Below, one piece after another: positions 46,405-55,923 of a stretch of 64,000 nt of DNA (positions are counted from its first letter, which is position 1; every line of letters begins with the position of its first letter). The DNA comes from a virus: IMG/VR virus record IMGVR_UViG_3300021963_000080, positions 1-64,000 of that record. The stretch is one strand, 5' to 3'. Made by a program: the position numbers and the translations under genes. The notes below the pieces were generated by a model. The model was given only the letters and a program-made list of their open reading frames with translations, searched no databases and was not told where the DNA came from.

Positions 46405-47706
46405 ATGGCGCTTAATGATTTTCCAGGCAAGGTTGTAATACAGCGCGCTGAAGTATACAACAGTCTTGGTACGAATTCAATTGTTAACAATCTATTATCA
46501 ATTGATATATTTGAAGACATATACACACCTTATGTGTACTGTGAGTTGTTAATTATCGATTACAATAAACTGGCCTCTTCTTTGCCACTTGTAGGAGAAG
46601 AGTTTTTGTTAATAGATTTTAAAACTGAAGACGGTCAGATTATTAGTTATCAGTTTTATTTGTACCAGCAAGATAATGGCGCAATTATAACTAATAATAA
46701 GTCGCAAGGATACTCGTTGCACGGAGTAACGCTCGAGCGAGCTTTTGATACAGCTAAAACTGTTTCGAGGTCCTACAAAGGAACATATGCTAGCATTGCT
46801 GGCCAAATTTACGACGACTTTATTAAAAAAGATACAGGAAAAGAATTCAACTACGAAGGGTCAAAGAGTGTAGCTCGATATATTGTACCTCAGATATCTC
46901 CTTTAAAAGCTATAGAGTATTGCAAGAAAAGAGCTGTGCCAGCCGGTAACGTTTTTAGCCCGTATACGTTCTTTAGAAATTCTCGTGGATATAATTTTAT
47001 ATCATTTAACAGTTTATTTCAGCTAGCAGGCAACTCAAGCGAAAATGTTATCCACACGTTTGGTTCTCCTTCACCCAATCCCACTGCTGATGATAATGAT
47101 ACTGTTGGGGGTAGAAATATTCGCAATGATATAATATCATTCGAGCCTCAAAATAAGTACAACTCTGTTAATAAAATTGATAGAGGAACGTACAGCACAA
47201 CGAGTTATAGTTTTGATTTGACTACAAAACAATTCACATTAAGAAAACAATTCAACCTGAGTGAAAATAAATCAAAATTTCAATTAGGAAGTGTTGGGGA
47301 GTTTAACACAGATGGGTTTTTGCAAGACTTCAATAATAGTCGTTGTTATGTAGAATACAGGCCAACTGATTTCAGTGTAGAATTAGAAGGTACTCAAACA
47401 GATTTCTTACCGGATGCTGTTGGAGAGATGAATGCTTACTTGGGATTATTTGGACAACAAGAAGTGCGGATGTTGTTGTATGGGGATTCTAATTTAACGT
47501 CCGGTCAAACATTAACCGTGACAATATATAAGCCTACGGATGAGATGAAGATACCTGAGGTAGACAATACACTTTCAGGAACATATTTAATATCGCGTAT
47601 AAGACATAATATTATATTCGGAACGCAGAATACGTACCAATGCCATATTACAGGCATTAAAGGTGCTATGAATGATACATTGAGAGGGTTGCAAAAAAAT
47701 GGCTGA
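46405..47706 (+). CDS. Baseplate hub protein (gp27-like)
   Basis: IDIFEDIY, LPLVGEE, LSGTYLISRIRH; position between gp53 and gp5. Confidence 0.65.
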   Translation: MALNDFPGKVVIQRAEVYNSLGTNSIVNNLLSIDIFEDIYTPYVYCELLIIDYNKLASSLPLVGEEFLLIDFKTEDGQIISYQFYLYQQDNGAIITNNKSQGYSLHGVTLERAFDTAKTVSRSYKGTYASIAGQIYDDFIKKDTGKEFNYEGSKSVARYIVPQISPLKAIEYCKKRAVPAGNVFSPYTFFRNSRGYNFISFNSLFQLAGNSSENVIHTFGSPSPNPTADDNDTVGGRNIRNDIISFEPQNKYNSVNKIDRGTYSTTSYSFDLTTKQFTLRKQFNLSENKSKFQLGSVGEFNTDGFLQDFNNSRCYVEYRPTDFSVELEGTQTDFLPDAVGEMNAYLGLFGQQEVRMLLYGDSNLTSGQTLTVTIYKPTDEMKIPEVDNTLSGTYLISRIRHNIIFGTQNTYQCHITGIKGAMNDTLRGLQKNG

Positions 47707-48610
47707 AATGGGTAAACAAGGTTTTGTTTGGTTTTTTGGTATTGTAGAGGATGTTATGGACCCCCTACAAGTAGGACGTGTCCGAGTTAGATGTCATAAC
47801 TTTCACAATATAAGCGATACGGTTTTGCCTACAAATGAACTGCCGTGGGCCCATGTTGTTCTTCCTACAACATCTGCTAGTTATCAGGGAAAAGGAATAT
47901 CTCCTACATTCATGCGAGAAGGAACGACTGTTGTGGGTTTCTTTGCTGATGGGGAAAGTGCTCAAATGCCAGTTGTGTTTGGTACGCTGCCAGGAATTCC
48001 ACAACCTAGTCCTGATTTTGTGGATTCGGAAAATATATCTCTTGAAAGTCACGATGTTAATAAATTGGCTCGAGGAATAAACAAGCTATCCCAAGCTAAA
48101 TTAGAAGTAGGGATTGACGAGAACGTAGAGGCTCCTCCAGGGGCTTTCTTTGGAGCTCAATATCCATTCAATAAAGTATTTGAGTCGGAGCGCGGCCATG
48201 TAATTGAAGTTGATGATACGCCAGGAGCGGAGAGAATACACATTTACCATAATGCTGGTCATTATACGGAAATGGTTCCAGGATTAAGAACAGATAAAGT
48301 TAATGGAGATCATATTGAGATTTCTATGCAAGCTCGATACATTAAGGTTCGAGGAGATATGGCAATTATCGTTGACGGCACCACTAGTATTTTATCCGAT
48401 GGGGCTATTACGATGGAGTCTAAAAAGCAAATAACAATGTCTGCCCCCTTGATAAATATATCAGGAACATTGGGAACAACAATAAACGGGGGATTGGTTA
48501 CTATTTCTGGAACTACTACCACCACAATCTCTGGTTTGTTGGGATTATATCTCAATCCTGGATCTTCGAGTAGTTCTGTTGACGTGGCCACAGCTGGTGG
48601 TAATCTCTAA
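47699..48610 (+). CDS. gp5: Baseplate central spike gp5 without lysozyme domain
   Basis: GIVEDVMDPLQVGRVRVR OB fold, LPWAH, YPFNKV.ES..GHVIEVDDTPGAERIH; only 303 aa. Confidence 0.9.
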   Translation: MAEMGKQGFVWFFGIVEDVMDPLQVGRVRVRCHNFHNISDTVLPTNELPWAHVVLPTTSASYQGKGISPTFMREGTTVVGFFADGESAQMPVVFGTLPGIPQPSPDFVDSENISLESHDVNKLARGINKLSQAKLEVGIDENVEAPPGAFFGAQYPFNKVFESERGHVIEVDDTPGAERIHIYHNAGHYTEMVPGLRTDKVNGDHIEISMQARYIKVRGDMAIIVDGTTSILSDGAITMESKKQITMSAPLINISGTLGTTINGGLVTISGTTTTTISGLLGLYLNPGSSSSSVDVATAGGNL

Positions 48611-48619
48611 GGACAATAT

Positions 48620-48886
48620 ATGCCAAAAAGTGTAGGCCGTGTAGGATTAGATACAGCAGGGGGGTTATTGAATACTCCTTTAGTTCCTAATGTATTTGTG
48701 AATGGATTACCCATTGCTGTGGTTGGAACAATTGTAGCTTATCATGGCAAAACTCCTCACGATGCTGTCAAGATGGCTATAGGTAGTGGTAATGTATTTG
48801 CAGGAGGATTGCCTGTATGTGGAGCTGGAGATGCTGCTACGTGCGGCCACCTACTTGTTTCAACTTCTAACGTATTTGTAAATTAA
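48620..48886 (+). CDS. PAAR spike-tip protein (gp5.4-like)
   Basis: NVFVNGLPIA, GDAATCGH, SNVFVN. Confidence 0.88.
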   Translation: MPKSVGRVGLDTAGGLLNTPLVPNVFVNGLPIAVVGTIVAYHGKTPHDAVKMAIGSGNVFAGGLPVCGAGDAATCGHLLVSTSNVFVN

Positions 48887-49315
48887 ATGACCACAATAAC
48901 CACAGCTGAAAAATACACTACTACCTCTTTAAAAGCAGAGCTGTATAGTGACTTTTTTGTTGGATTGGATATCCATCCTGGTAAGAAAGATTTGGCGCGG
49001 GCCACAAACGAAGTTGCTATTAAAAGAGCTATAACTAACTTACTTCTCACTGATTTTGACGAGCGCTTATATCAACCAAACTTAGGGGCTAATTTAAAAT
49101 ACTTGCTGTTTGAACCAGCTGACGGGGAAACGTTGTCTATCATGCGTGAGCATATAGAGAATTGTCTTACAAAGTTCGAACCAAGGATCAGAATATTATC
49201 TTTGAATATAGGAGCCTCAGCTGATGAGCAGCGTATTAATGTTACGTTGATTTTCTCAACTGTTAACATACCCAAACCAATAACAATTAACCTAATTCTT
49301 AATAGAGTTCGATAA
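48887..49315 (+). CDS. gp25: Baseplate wedge subunit gp25
   Basis: AIKRAITNLLLT...ER..QP.LG...LLFEP, FEPRI. Confidence 0.92.
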   Translation: MTTITTAEKYTTTSLKAELYSDFFVGLDIHPGKKDLARATNEVAIKRAITNLLLTDFDERLYQPNLGANLKYLLFEPADGETLSIMREHIENCLTKFEPRIRILSLNIGASADEQRINVTLIFSTVNIPKPITINLILNRVR

Positions 49316-51111
49316 TGGCAAACGAATCAATCAACTTAGTAAATTTAGACTTTAATGCATTAAAGTCATCTCTTAAAACTCATCTCTCAGGCCAAGCTGC
49401 TTTTCAAGATTATGATTTTGATGGTTCGAACATGGCCGTGTTGTTGGATCTATTGGCTTACAACACATACATCAATTCTTTCTATCTCAATATGGTAGCA
49501 AGTGAGATGTTTTTAGATTCAGCTCAGTTAAGAGATAGCGTTATATCCCATGCCAAGACATTAAACTATACTCCTCGCTCTTTCAGATCAGCTACAGCTA
49601 GAATTAACATTGCGGTCACGCCTTCTGTTTCTTCCAACACAACGACGGTGACAATTCCACGTGGCACATCGTTCACGTCTAAGGTTGGTTCAAACACATA
49701 TACATTCACATTACCAGACAACCACGTTATAACTGGATCGAGTAATGGTGTGTTTAGCGTATCAAACGTTGAAATAAAAGAAGGCGTATTGATGACTGAT
49801 ACGTTCATATACAACCAAACAAGCAGCGATCAGCGTTTTATTATTTCTAATCCAACTGTTGATACAACCACGCTGAGAGTATATGTTACAGAAAATAATG
49901 GCTCTAACGTTTTATCTTATACACAAGCCAATTCATATTTAAACATTGATTCAACTTCTCAAGTATTCTTCTTACAATCAGCAGAGAACGATTTGTATGA
50001 AGTTGTTTTTGGTAACGGTACACAAGGACGTCCTCCTTCTCATGGCGCCGCAGTTTCTGTTGTATATGGAGTAGGTAACGGAGAGCTTCCAAACGGATGT
50101 GCTCTGTTTAGTTCCGATGATGCAATTGATGGCCACAATAATGTTGCTATTACAACTGTCTCCGTGGCTACTGGCGGTCTCGTACATGAAACAACACAAT
50201 CGATTCGTAAGAACGCGCCTCGCTATTTTCAAACCCAAGAGCGTGCAGTTAATGCAGCTGATTACAAAACGTTATTACAATTAGCTTACCCAGAAATTAA
50301 TGCCATTCACGTTTATGGGGGTGAGGAAGAAGATCCACCTCGCTACGGCAAAGTCGTTGTCTCTTTAGATATTGTAGACTCAGATGGAGTTTCAGAAAGC
50401 AATAAAACTGTATATCAGAAATTTCTAAAAGAGCGTTGCCCGCTTACCATCGATCCGGTATTCATCGATCCGGAATACTTAAACTTAGAAGTGTATAGTG
50501 TTGTAACTTATAACATTAACACAATAACTGTTTCCGAAAACGATCTATTATCCACGGTTAAATCTAAAGTACGTGTTTTCAACGAACAAAATTTAAACGA
50601 CTTCAATACTACATTCAGATATTCCAAATTAGTGGAAAGCATTGATAGTGTTAGTACTAGTGTTTTAAGTAATGGCACAGAGGTAGTACCATATAAAGCT
50701 CTCAATCCTGTATTGAATAGCCCTTCACCATTTACCGTACGGTTCAATAATAAACTAAAGATCTTGAACTCTGCTTACATTCATCCGTACGTGTCTAACC
50801 ACGCCGTGACCTCTACATACTTTACATATAATGGGGTTTTATGTAGAATGGAAGATGATGGTAATGGAGTAATGCGTCTTGTTTCATTAGAAACCCAAGA
50901 CGGTCAGCATGTCACTGTAATTAATATCGGTACTGTAGATTATGATACCGGTACAGTATTCATTAACGGTTTAAATATATCTTCCTATGAGGGACCATAT
51001 ATTAAAATGAGAGCCGTAACTGATTTGCATGATATTGATGCTATGTTAAATAACATTATCCGAATAAAAGATGAGGATATTTTTGTAACGGCTAATGGTA
51101 TAAGACGATGA
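49315..51111 (+). CDS. gp6: Baseplate wedge subunit gp6
   Basis: LDFNALK, DYDFDGS, LAYNT, FLDSAQLR, QERAV..DY, YGGEE. Confidence 0.93.
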   Translation: MANESINLVNLDFNALKSSLKTHLSGQAAFQDYDFDGSNMAVLLDLLAYNTYINSFYLNMVASEMFLDSAQLRDSVISHAKTLNYTPRSFRSATARINIAVTPSVSSNTTTVTIPRGTSFTSKVGSNTYTFTLPDNHVITGSSNGVFSVSNVEIKEGVLMTDTFIYNQTSSDQRFIISNPTVDTTTLRVYVTENNGSNVLSYTQANSYLNIDSTSQVFFLQSAENDLYEVVFGNGTQGRPPSHGAAVSVVYGVGNGELPNGCALFSSDDAIDGHNNVAITTVSVATGGLVHETTQSIRKNAPRYFQTQERAVNAADYKTLLQLAYPEINAIHVYGGEEEDPPRYGKVVVSLDIVDSDGVSESNKTVYQKFLKERCPLTIDPVFIDPEYLNLEVYSVVTYNINTITVSENDLLSTVKSKVRVFNEQNLNDFNTTFRYSKLVESIDSVSTSVLSNGTEVVPYKALNPVLNSPSPFTVRFNNKLKILNSAYIHPYVSNHAVTSTYFTYNGVLCRMEDDGNGVMRLVSLETQDGQHVTVINIGTVDYDTGTVFINGLNISSYEGPYIKMRAVTDLHDIDAMLNNIIRIKDEDIFVTANGIRR

Positions 51112-54100
51112 AGTACACGTATGGAAAAATTTCTCCTTTAGTAGAAACACAGTTTCCTGCTTTCTATAGAGAAGAAGGTCCTCTATTTGTATCGTTTGTA
51201 AAAGCCTACTATGAATGGCTAGAATCAAGCGGGAACCCTCTTTATTACTCAAGAAACCTTTTATCGTTTAAGGATATAGACACAACCCTTGATCAATTTC
51301 TTCCTCATTTCCAAACAATGTATTTGGATGGAGTGTCTCTTACTGGTGTAGAACAAAAACGCGATGTTATAAAACACGCATTAGATATTCACAGAACAAA
51401 AGGAACGATTCAAGCTCTACGTCTTGTATTTCGTTTGCTTTTTGATGAAGCGGTAAACGTTTATTATCCTGGTAATGATATTCTGAGAACATCAGACGGC
51501 AAATGGACTGTACCAATTTATTTGGAATTGTCTATCAGCAGTAAGACAGTTGGGTTTGTAGGAAAAGATATAACCGGTACTGTATCGGGAGCAAGAGCTT
51601 TTGTAGAAAGTGTGGTACGACGCAATCACAACGGTAACGTCATTGATGTTGCATATCTATCTAATGTTCGCGGTCAATTTATTACCGATGAATTAGTGAG
51701 TAGCGATAATGTCGTTGAAGGCAGTCCTAGAATCGTAGGATCATTAACGTCAATAGAAGTAACAACAGCTGGTAGCGATTTTGAAATCGGTCAAATATTG
51801 AATGTTACGTCAGATCGAACAGGCCGTTTAGGAAAAGTCCGCGTTACAGACGTTGGTGTTAGAACTGGTGAAGTTAACTACAGACTTCAAGATGGTGGAT
51901 TTGGATATACTCTGAATGCTAATGTGTTCGGCGACACTCAGAAAGTATATGTGTCAGCAAACGTTCTTTCAATAACCTCGTTCACAACCAGTAACACTTC
52001 TATAACAAACTACAGTGAATTTAGTACCGTAAGACAGCCCCTCGTAAACGTAGCTTTCTCAAGTGCTAACGTTACTTTTGCCAATGGTAGTTTAGTGTAT
52101 GGAGTCAATTCCACAGGGGGCTACGTTGCTGGGGGATTCATTCTTGGGGCAAACCAAGTAACGACAACAGGCTGGTTGCTGATATCTCCACATAGTGTTG
52201 CTAATGTCGGTTTAGATACAATAACGAGCGCAAACACTTTATCTGGATCATTCGTTGTAGGCGAGATGGTATATCAAGCAAATGCTTCAGGTAATGCTGC
52301 TGTCGGTGTTGTGGTATATGCTAACAGCTCTGCTGCAACACTAGACCAACGCTTTGGTCCTTTTACTACCAATACTTTGCTAGTTGGCAAAACGTCACAT
52401 TGTACTGCTAACGTCACTACTGTTAGTACTCTAGCATTTGATAATACAAACTTCAGTAATGCGTCTATCACAAAAATATATGCAAACGCCACAACAAACG
52501 GAGCTGTCAAATCTACAGCTACGGATATAACAGCAGTTGGTACTGTTGTTGGAAGTAATTCCCAAGCAGTAGGCGTTTACAGCATCACAAATGCGTTTGT
52601 TGCTGATGCTTCAAACCGCAATTACATCTACGATACATCGACAGGAGCACAAGCAGTTGTTACCATCATAAGTTCTGGTAGCCCTGGCGGATTTAAAATT
52701 GGTGGTATTTCAAATACAGAAATTGTTTTCATAGGAGCAGATAGGCTTAACGGAAATAATAGCGGTAACGTATCTTTTATGTCCATTAATTTGAATGCTA
52801 ATAATTCTAATGCTGCGTCAAATACTGGCTATGGGTTTGCCCGCCTTCCTGCTGCAAATAGTTCTTCCGTAATAGGAACAGCTCTTACTAAAATACCATT
52901 AACAATCGGTTCTATTATTTCATTGACAGAACGTAATCCTGGTAACGATAATACAGCTCAGCCTTTTGTTGTGGAAATAGAGAAAGCGATTGCTGCTTAT
53001 GGCAAGCGAGAAATAATTAATTTAAACATTACCAATCAAACGGCTGGATTTAGAGACGGAGAACTCGCAACTCAATCAATCATAAGTCCAGGAATTTCTG
53101 CAAACGTTGGTAGTGTTTCTGGTACGTTCGATACTGCTGGTAGAGAAGTTGTCACTCAAGTTCGCTCCGATGGTAATACAGTCTATGGTGAGATTTACTC
53201 CGCTGCTGTAATTGGAGCGAATGGATCTTTACGTATCCTCGTATCAAATACAGCAAATACGTTCGATGTATCCAATACCATTGTGGGAACATATTCGGGA
53301 GCAGTTGCTACGCCAAATGCAATTGTGGCAAACAATCTTACTATTAGTGCTAAAGGTATAATTGAATCTTCAAACAGCAGTTTAGTTACACTACGAAGAA
53401 TATCGTTTGTTAATTTCATTACAGGAACAGTTCTTGTTGGAGCGGAATCTGGCTCGACGGCCAATGTTGTTTATATTACGGAAGATGCGTCAGCAAATGT
53501 TCTTGGCAATAATGCTGTCGTAGAAGCCGCGGCCGGTATTACAAACGGAACACTCCGATCTGTAGAAGTAGTCGATTCGGGATTCTCTTATCAGAGCGGC
53601 GAATACATCACACTATATGCCGACAATAATCCAATCGAGGGTGCTGGATTGGTTACTCTTGGTACGCAAGGTTCAAGCGAAGGGTATTGGAAGGGTCAGG
53701 ACGGCTTCTTGGACAGCAATAAGTATATCCAGGACAATCATTACTACCAAGAATACTCATATGAGATTCAATCTGGTATCGATCAGAATAAATATAATGA
53801 TTTTGTTAAAAACACTGTGCACGTTGCTGGCACAAGGATGTTTGGATCATTCTATAAAGATTTAGTAGGACAAAACGCTCCGGTACGTGTAGAGGCCACA
53901 TACCCAAAAATCACTACGCTAAGTTTAGGTAGTATTGTGGGAGACTTTACTGCAGGAGAATTGGTCAATCAATCCAACGGTACATCAAATACAGCAAACG
54001 GTTATGTATTATCGTTTAGTAACACCCTAAATACCTTACAACTTATAAACACTGTAGGGACATTTGTAACGTCCAACGTTGTTACAGGAGCAAACTCTTC

Positions 54101-54143
54101 TGCTCAAGGTAACACAACAACCATAGAGATTACTATTTCTTAA
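51108..54143 (+). CDS. gp7: Baseplate wedge initiator gp7-like
   Basis: QFPAFYREEGPLFVSFVKAYYEWLE; IQDNHYYQEYSYEI...HVAGT. Confidence 0.8.
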   Translation: MKYTYGKISPLVETQFPAFYREEGPLFVSFVKAYYEWLESSGNPLYYSRNLLSFKDIDTTLDQFLPHFQTMYLDGVSLTGVEQKRDVIKHALDIHRTKGTIQALRLVFRLLFDEAVNVYYPGNDILRTSDGKWTVPIYLELSISSKTVGFVGKDITGTVSGARAFVESVVRRNHNGNVIDVAYLSNVRGQFITDELVSSDNVVEGSPRIVGSLTSIEVTTAGSDFEIGQILNVTSDRTGRLGKVRVTDVGVRTGEVNYRLQDGGFGYTLNANVFGDTQKVYVSANVLSITSFTTSNTSITNYSEFSTVRQPLVNVAFSSANVTFANGSLVYGVNSTGGYVAGGFILGANQVTTTGWLLISPHSVANVGLDTITSANTLSGSFVVGEMVYQANASGNAAVGVVVYANSSAATLDQRFGPFTTNTLLVGKTSHCTANVTTVSTLAFDNTNFSNASITKIYANATTNGAVKSTATDITAVGTVVGSNSQAVGVYSITNAFVADASNRNYIYDTSTGAQAVVTIISSGSPGGFKIGGISNTEIVFIGADRLNGNNSGNVSFMSINLNANNSNAASNTGYGFARLPAANSSSVIGTALTKIPLTIGSIISLTERNPGNDNTAQPFVVEIEKAIAAYGKREIINLNITNQTAGFRDGELATQSIISPGISANVGSVSGTFDTAGREVVTQVRSDGNTVYGEIYSAAVIGANGSLRILVSNTANTFDVSNTIVGTYSGAVATPNAIVANNLTISAKGIIESSNSSLVTLRRISFVNFITGTVLVGAESGSTANVVYITEDASANVLGNNAVVEAAAGITNGTLRSVEVVDSGFSYQSGEYITLYADNNPIEGAGLVTLGTQGSSEGYWKGQDGFLDSNKYIQDNHYYQEYSYEIQSGIDQNKYNDFVKNTVHVAGTRMFGSFYKDLVGQNAPVRVEATYPKITTLSLGSIVGDFTAGELVNQSNGTSNTANGYVLSFSNTLNTLQLINTVGTFVTSNVVTGANSSAQGNTTTIEITIS

Positions 54144-54144
54144 T

Positions 54145-55914
54145 ATGTCAAAGATTTTCACGAATCGTTTTAAAATTAATGCAATTAATGCATTAGTTGC
54201 ATCTCAGCCTGCGTATTTTATTTTTGTTGGCCGTCATACGCCTTATGATAACGAATCTATACCTCCTACCCTCGTCGATAACATTCAGACAACATACGTT
54301 GACGTCTACGACCAAATGCTCTTTGCTAAAGCCGTCGAACAAACGGATGTATCATTCATGGTACCGAGAGTAGATTGGACATACGGTACCGTTTATAACC
54401 AATATGACCACCAATCGACTGCTCTATATGATACATCGTTTTATGTAAGCGTTGACTCTGGTAGTGGATATGATGTATTCAAATGTTTGAGTAATGCAGG
54501 AGGGATTCCTTCTACTATTGCTCCTGATTTGGCCCAAACGTCTGCTAGCGATGACATATACGAAACATCGGACGGGTACCAATGGAAGTATATGTACTCT
54601 ATTACTAATGCCCAGTTTGATAAATTTGCCACAGCAGATTTTATTCCTGTTATAACTAATGCAAACGTTGTAGCAAATGCTGTACATGGTTCTATAGATT
54701 ATATTGATGTGTCATATGAGGGATCTAACTATGATTCGTACACTAATGGAGCTTTCCAGTCTGTCACAGTAGCTGGTAATACTCAAGTTTTTTATATTCA
54801 ATCAACCGCTTCTGCTAATTCTAATTTTTATAACGGATGTGCAATCAAAGTAACGTCGGGAACAGGGACCGGTCAGCAGCGTACTGTAGAAAGCTACACA
54901 GTAAGTGGTTCGACAAGACAGATTGTTATCAATACAGCTTTTGATGTCAATCCTACTACTTCCTCAACGTATGAAATAACTCCAAATGCAGTCGTTGTAG
55001 GAGATGGTTCTGGCTTTATTGGAAGAGCAATAGTAAACTCTACATCTAACTCAATATATAAAGTTGAGATTACTGATCGGGGTACAGACTATACATTTGG
55101 ATCGCTAACATTTACAGGAAATACAGGTGGCATTTCCAACACAGCAGTTGGTAGAGTTATTATCAGTCCTCCCGGAGGACATGGTAGCGATGCTACAGAA
55201 GAGCTTGGGGCTCATTATATGGGGCTAAGCGTTAAGTTCGATACATCTGAAGCAATCGCAAATGGTAAAGTATTTGATGTTAATGATTTTAGAGTGATAG
55301 GGGTTCTAAGTAGTCCTCTACTCGCAAACTTAGAGCTTACATACACTGGGTCAATTGGAACGTTTGAAGTTGGTGAGCAAATAACTCAATCAAACACAGG
55401 CGCGAGTGGATATGTTACATTTGCAAACACTACAGTATTGAGAATGGCAAATGTTAGCTCTAGCAATAACTGGTTTGTACCGGGAAATTCAATATACGGA
55501 GTAATAACTGGGGGAAACACCGCCACGACTGCTCAGGTAGTTTCGGTTAGAAACAACGGTAGTGCCAATCTATCAGCAAACCTTGCTTACATCAACCAAA
55601 CAACAACTTTAAATGTATCCGCTGTGACGGGGACATTTACTGAAGATGAAATTGTTACTGGAACAGGAAATACAGCAACATCGAATGCTGTATTATATAA
55701 AGCCAATAGTTCCGTAATACACATTACAAACGTTAAGGGTACTTTCGGGGGTACATTAACAGGCGCCGATAGCGGTGCAACTGCAACAATAACAACAACT
55801 CGTCCCGGAGACTTTGTTGTTGGTAGCGGAGATGTTGTCTATATAGAGAATATTACCGCGATAAATAAAAATGCAGGCCAAACAGAAAAAATTAAAGCAG
55901 TTATCGAGTTCTAA
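54145..55914 (+). CDS. gp8: Baseplate wedge subunit gp8
   Basis: PRVDWTYGTVY, VFKCLSN, DGYQWKYMY, SPPGGHG, QTEKIKAVIEF. Confidence 0.85.
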   Translation: MSKIFTNRFKINAINALVASQPAYFIFVGRHTPYDNESIPPTLVDNIQTTYVDVYDQMLFAKAVEQTDVSFMVPRVDWTYGTVYNQYDHQSTALYDTSFYVSVDSGSGYDVFKCLSNAGGIPSTIAPDLAQTSASDDIYETSDGYQWKYMYSITNAQFDKFATADFIPVITNANVVANAVHGSIDYIDVSYEGSNYDSYTNGAFQSVTVAGNTQVFYIQSTASANSNFYNGCAIKVTSGTGTGQQRTVESYTVSGSTRQIVINTAFDVNPTTSSTYEITPNAVVVGDGSGFIGRAIVNSTSNSIYKVEITDRGTDYTFGSLTFTGNTGGISNTAVGRVIISPPGGHGSDATEELGAHYMGLSVKFDTSEAIANGKVFDVNDFRVIGVLSSPLLANLELTYTGSIGTFEVGEQITQSNTGASGYVTFANTTVLRMANVSSSNNWFVPGNSIYGVITGGNTATTAQVVSVRNNGSANLSANLAYINQTTTLNVSAVTGTFTEDEIVTGTGNTATSNAVLYKANSSVIHITNVKGTFGGTLTGADSGATATITTTRPGDFVVGSGDVVYIENITAINKNAGQTEKIKAVIEF

Positions 55915-55923
55915 GAGGAAGTC

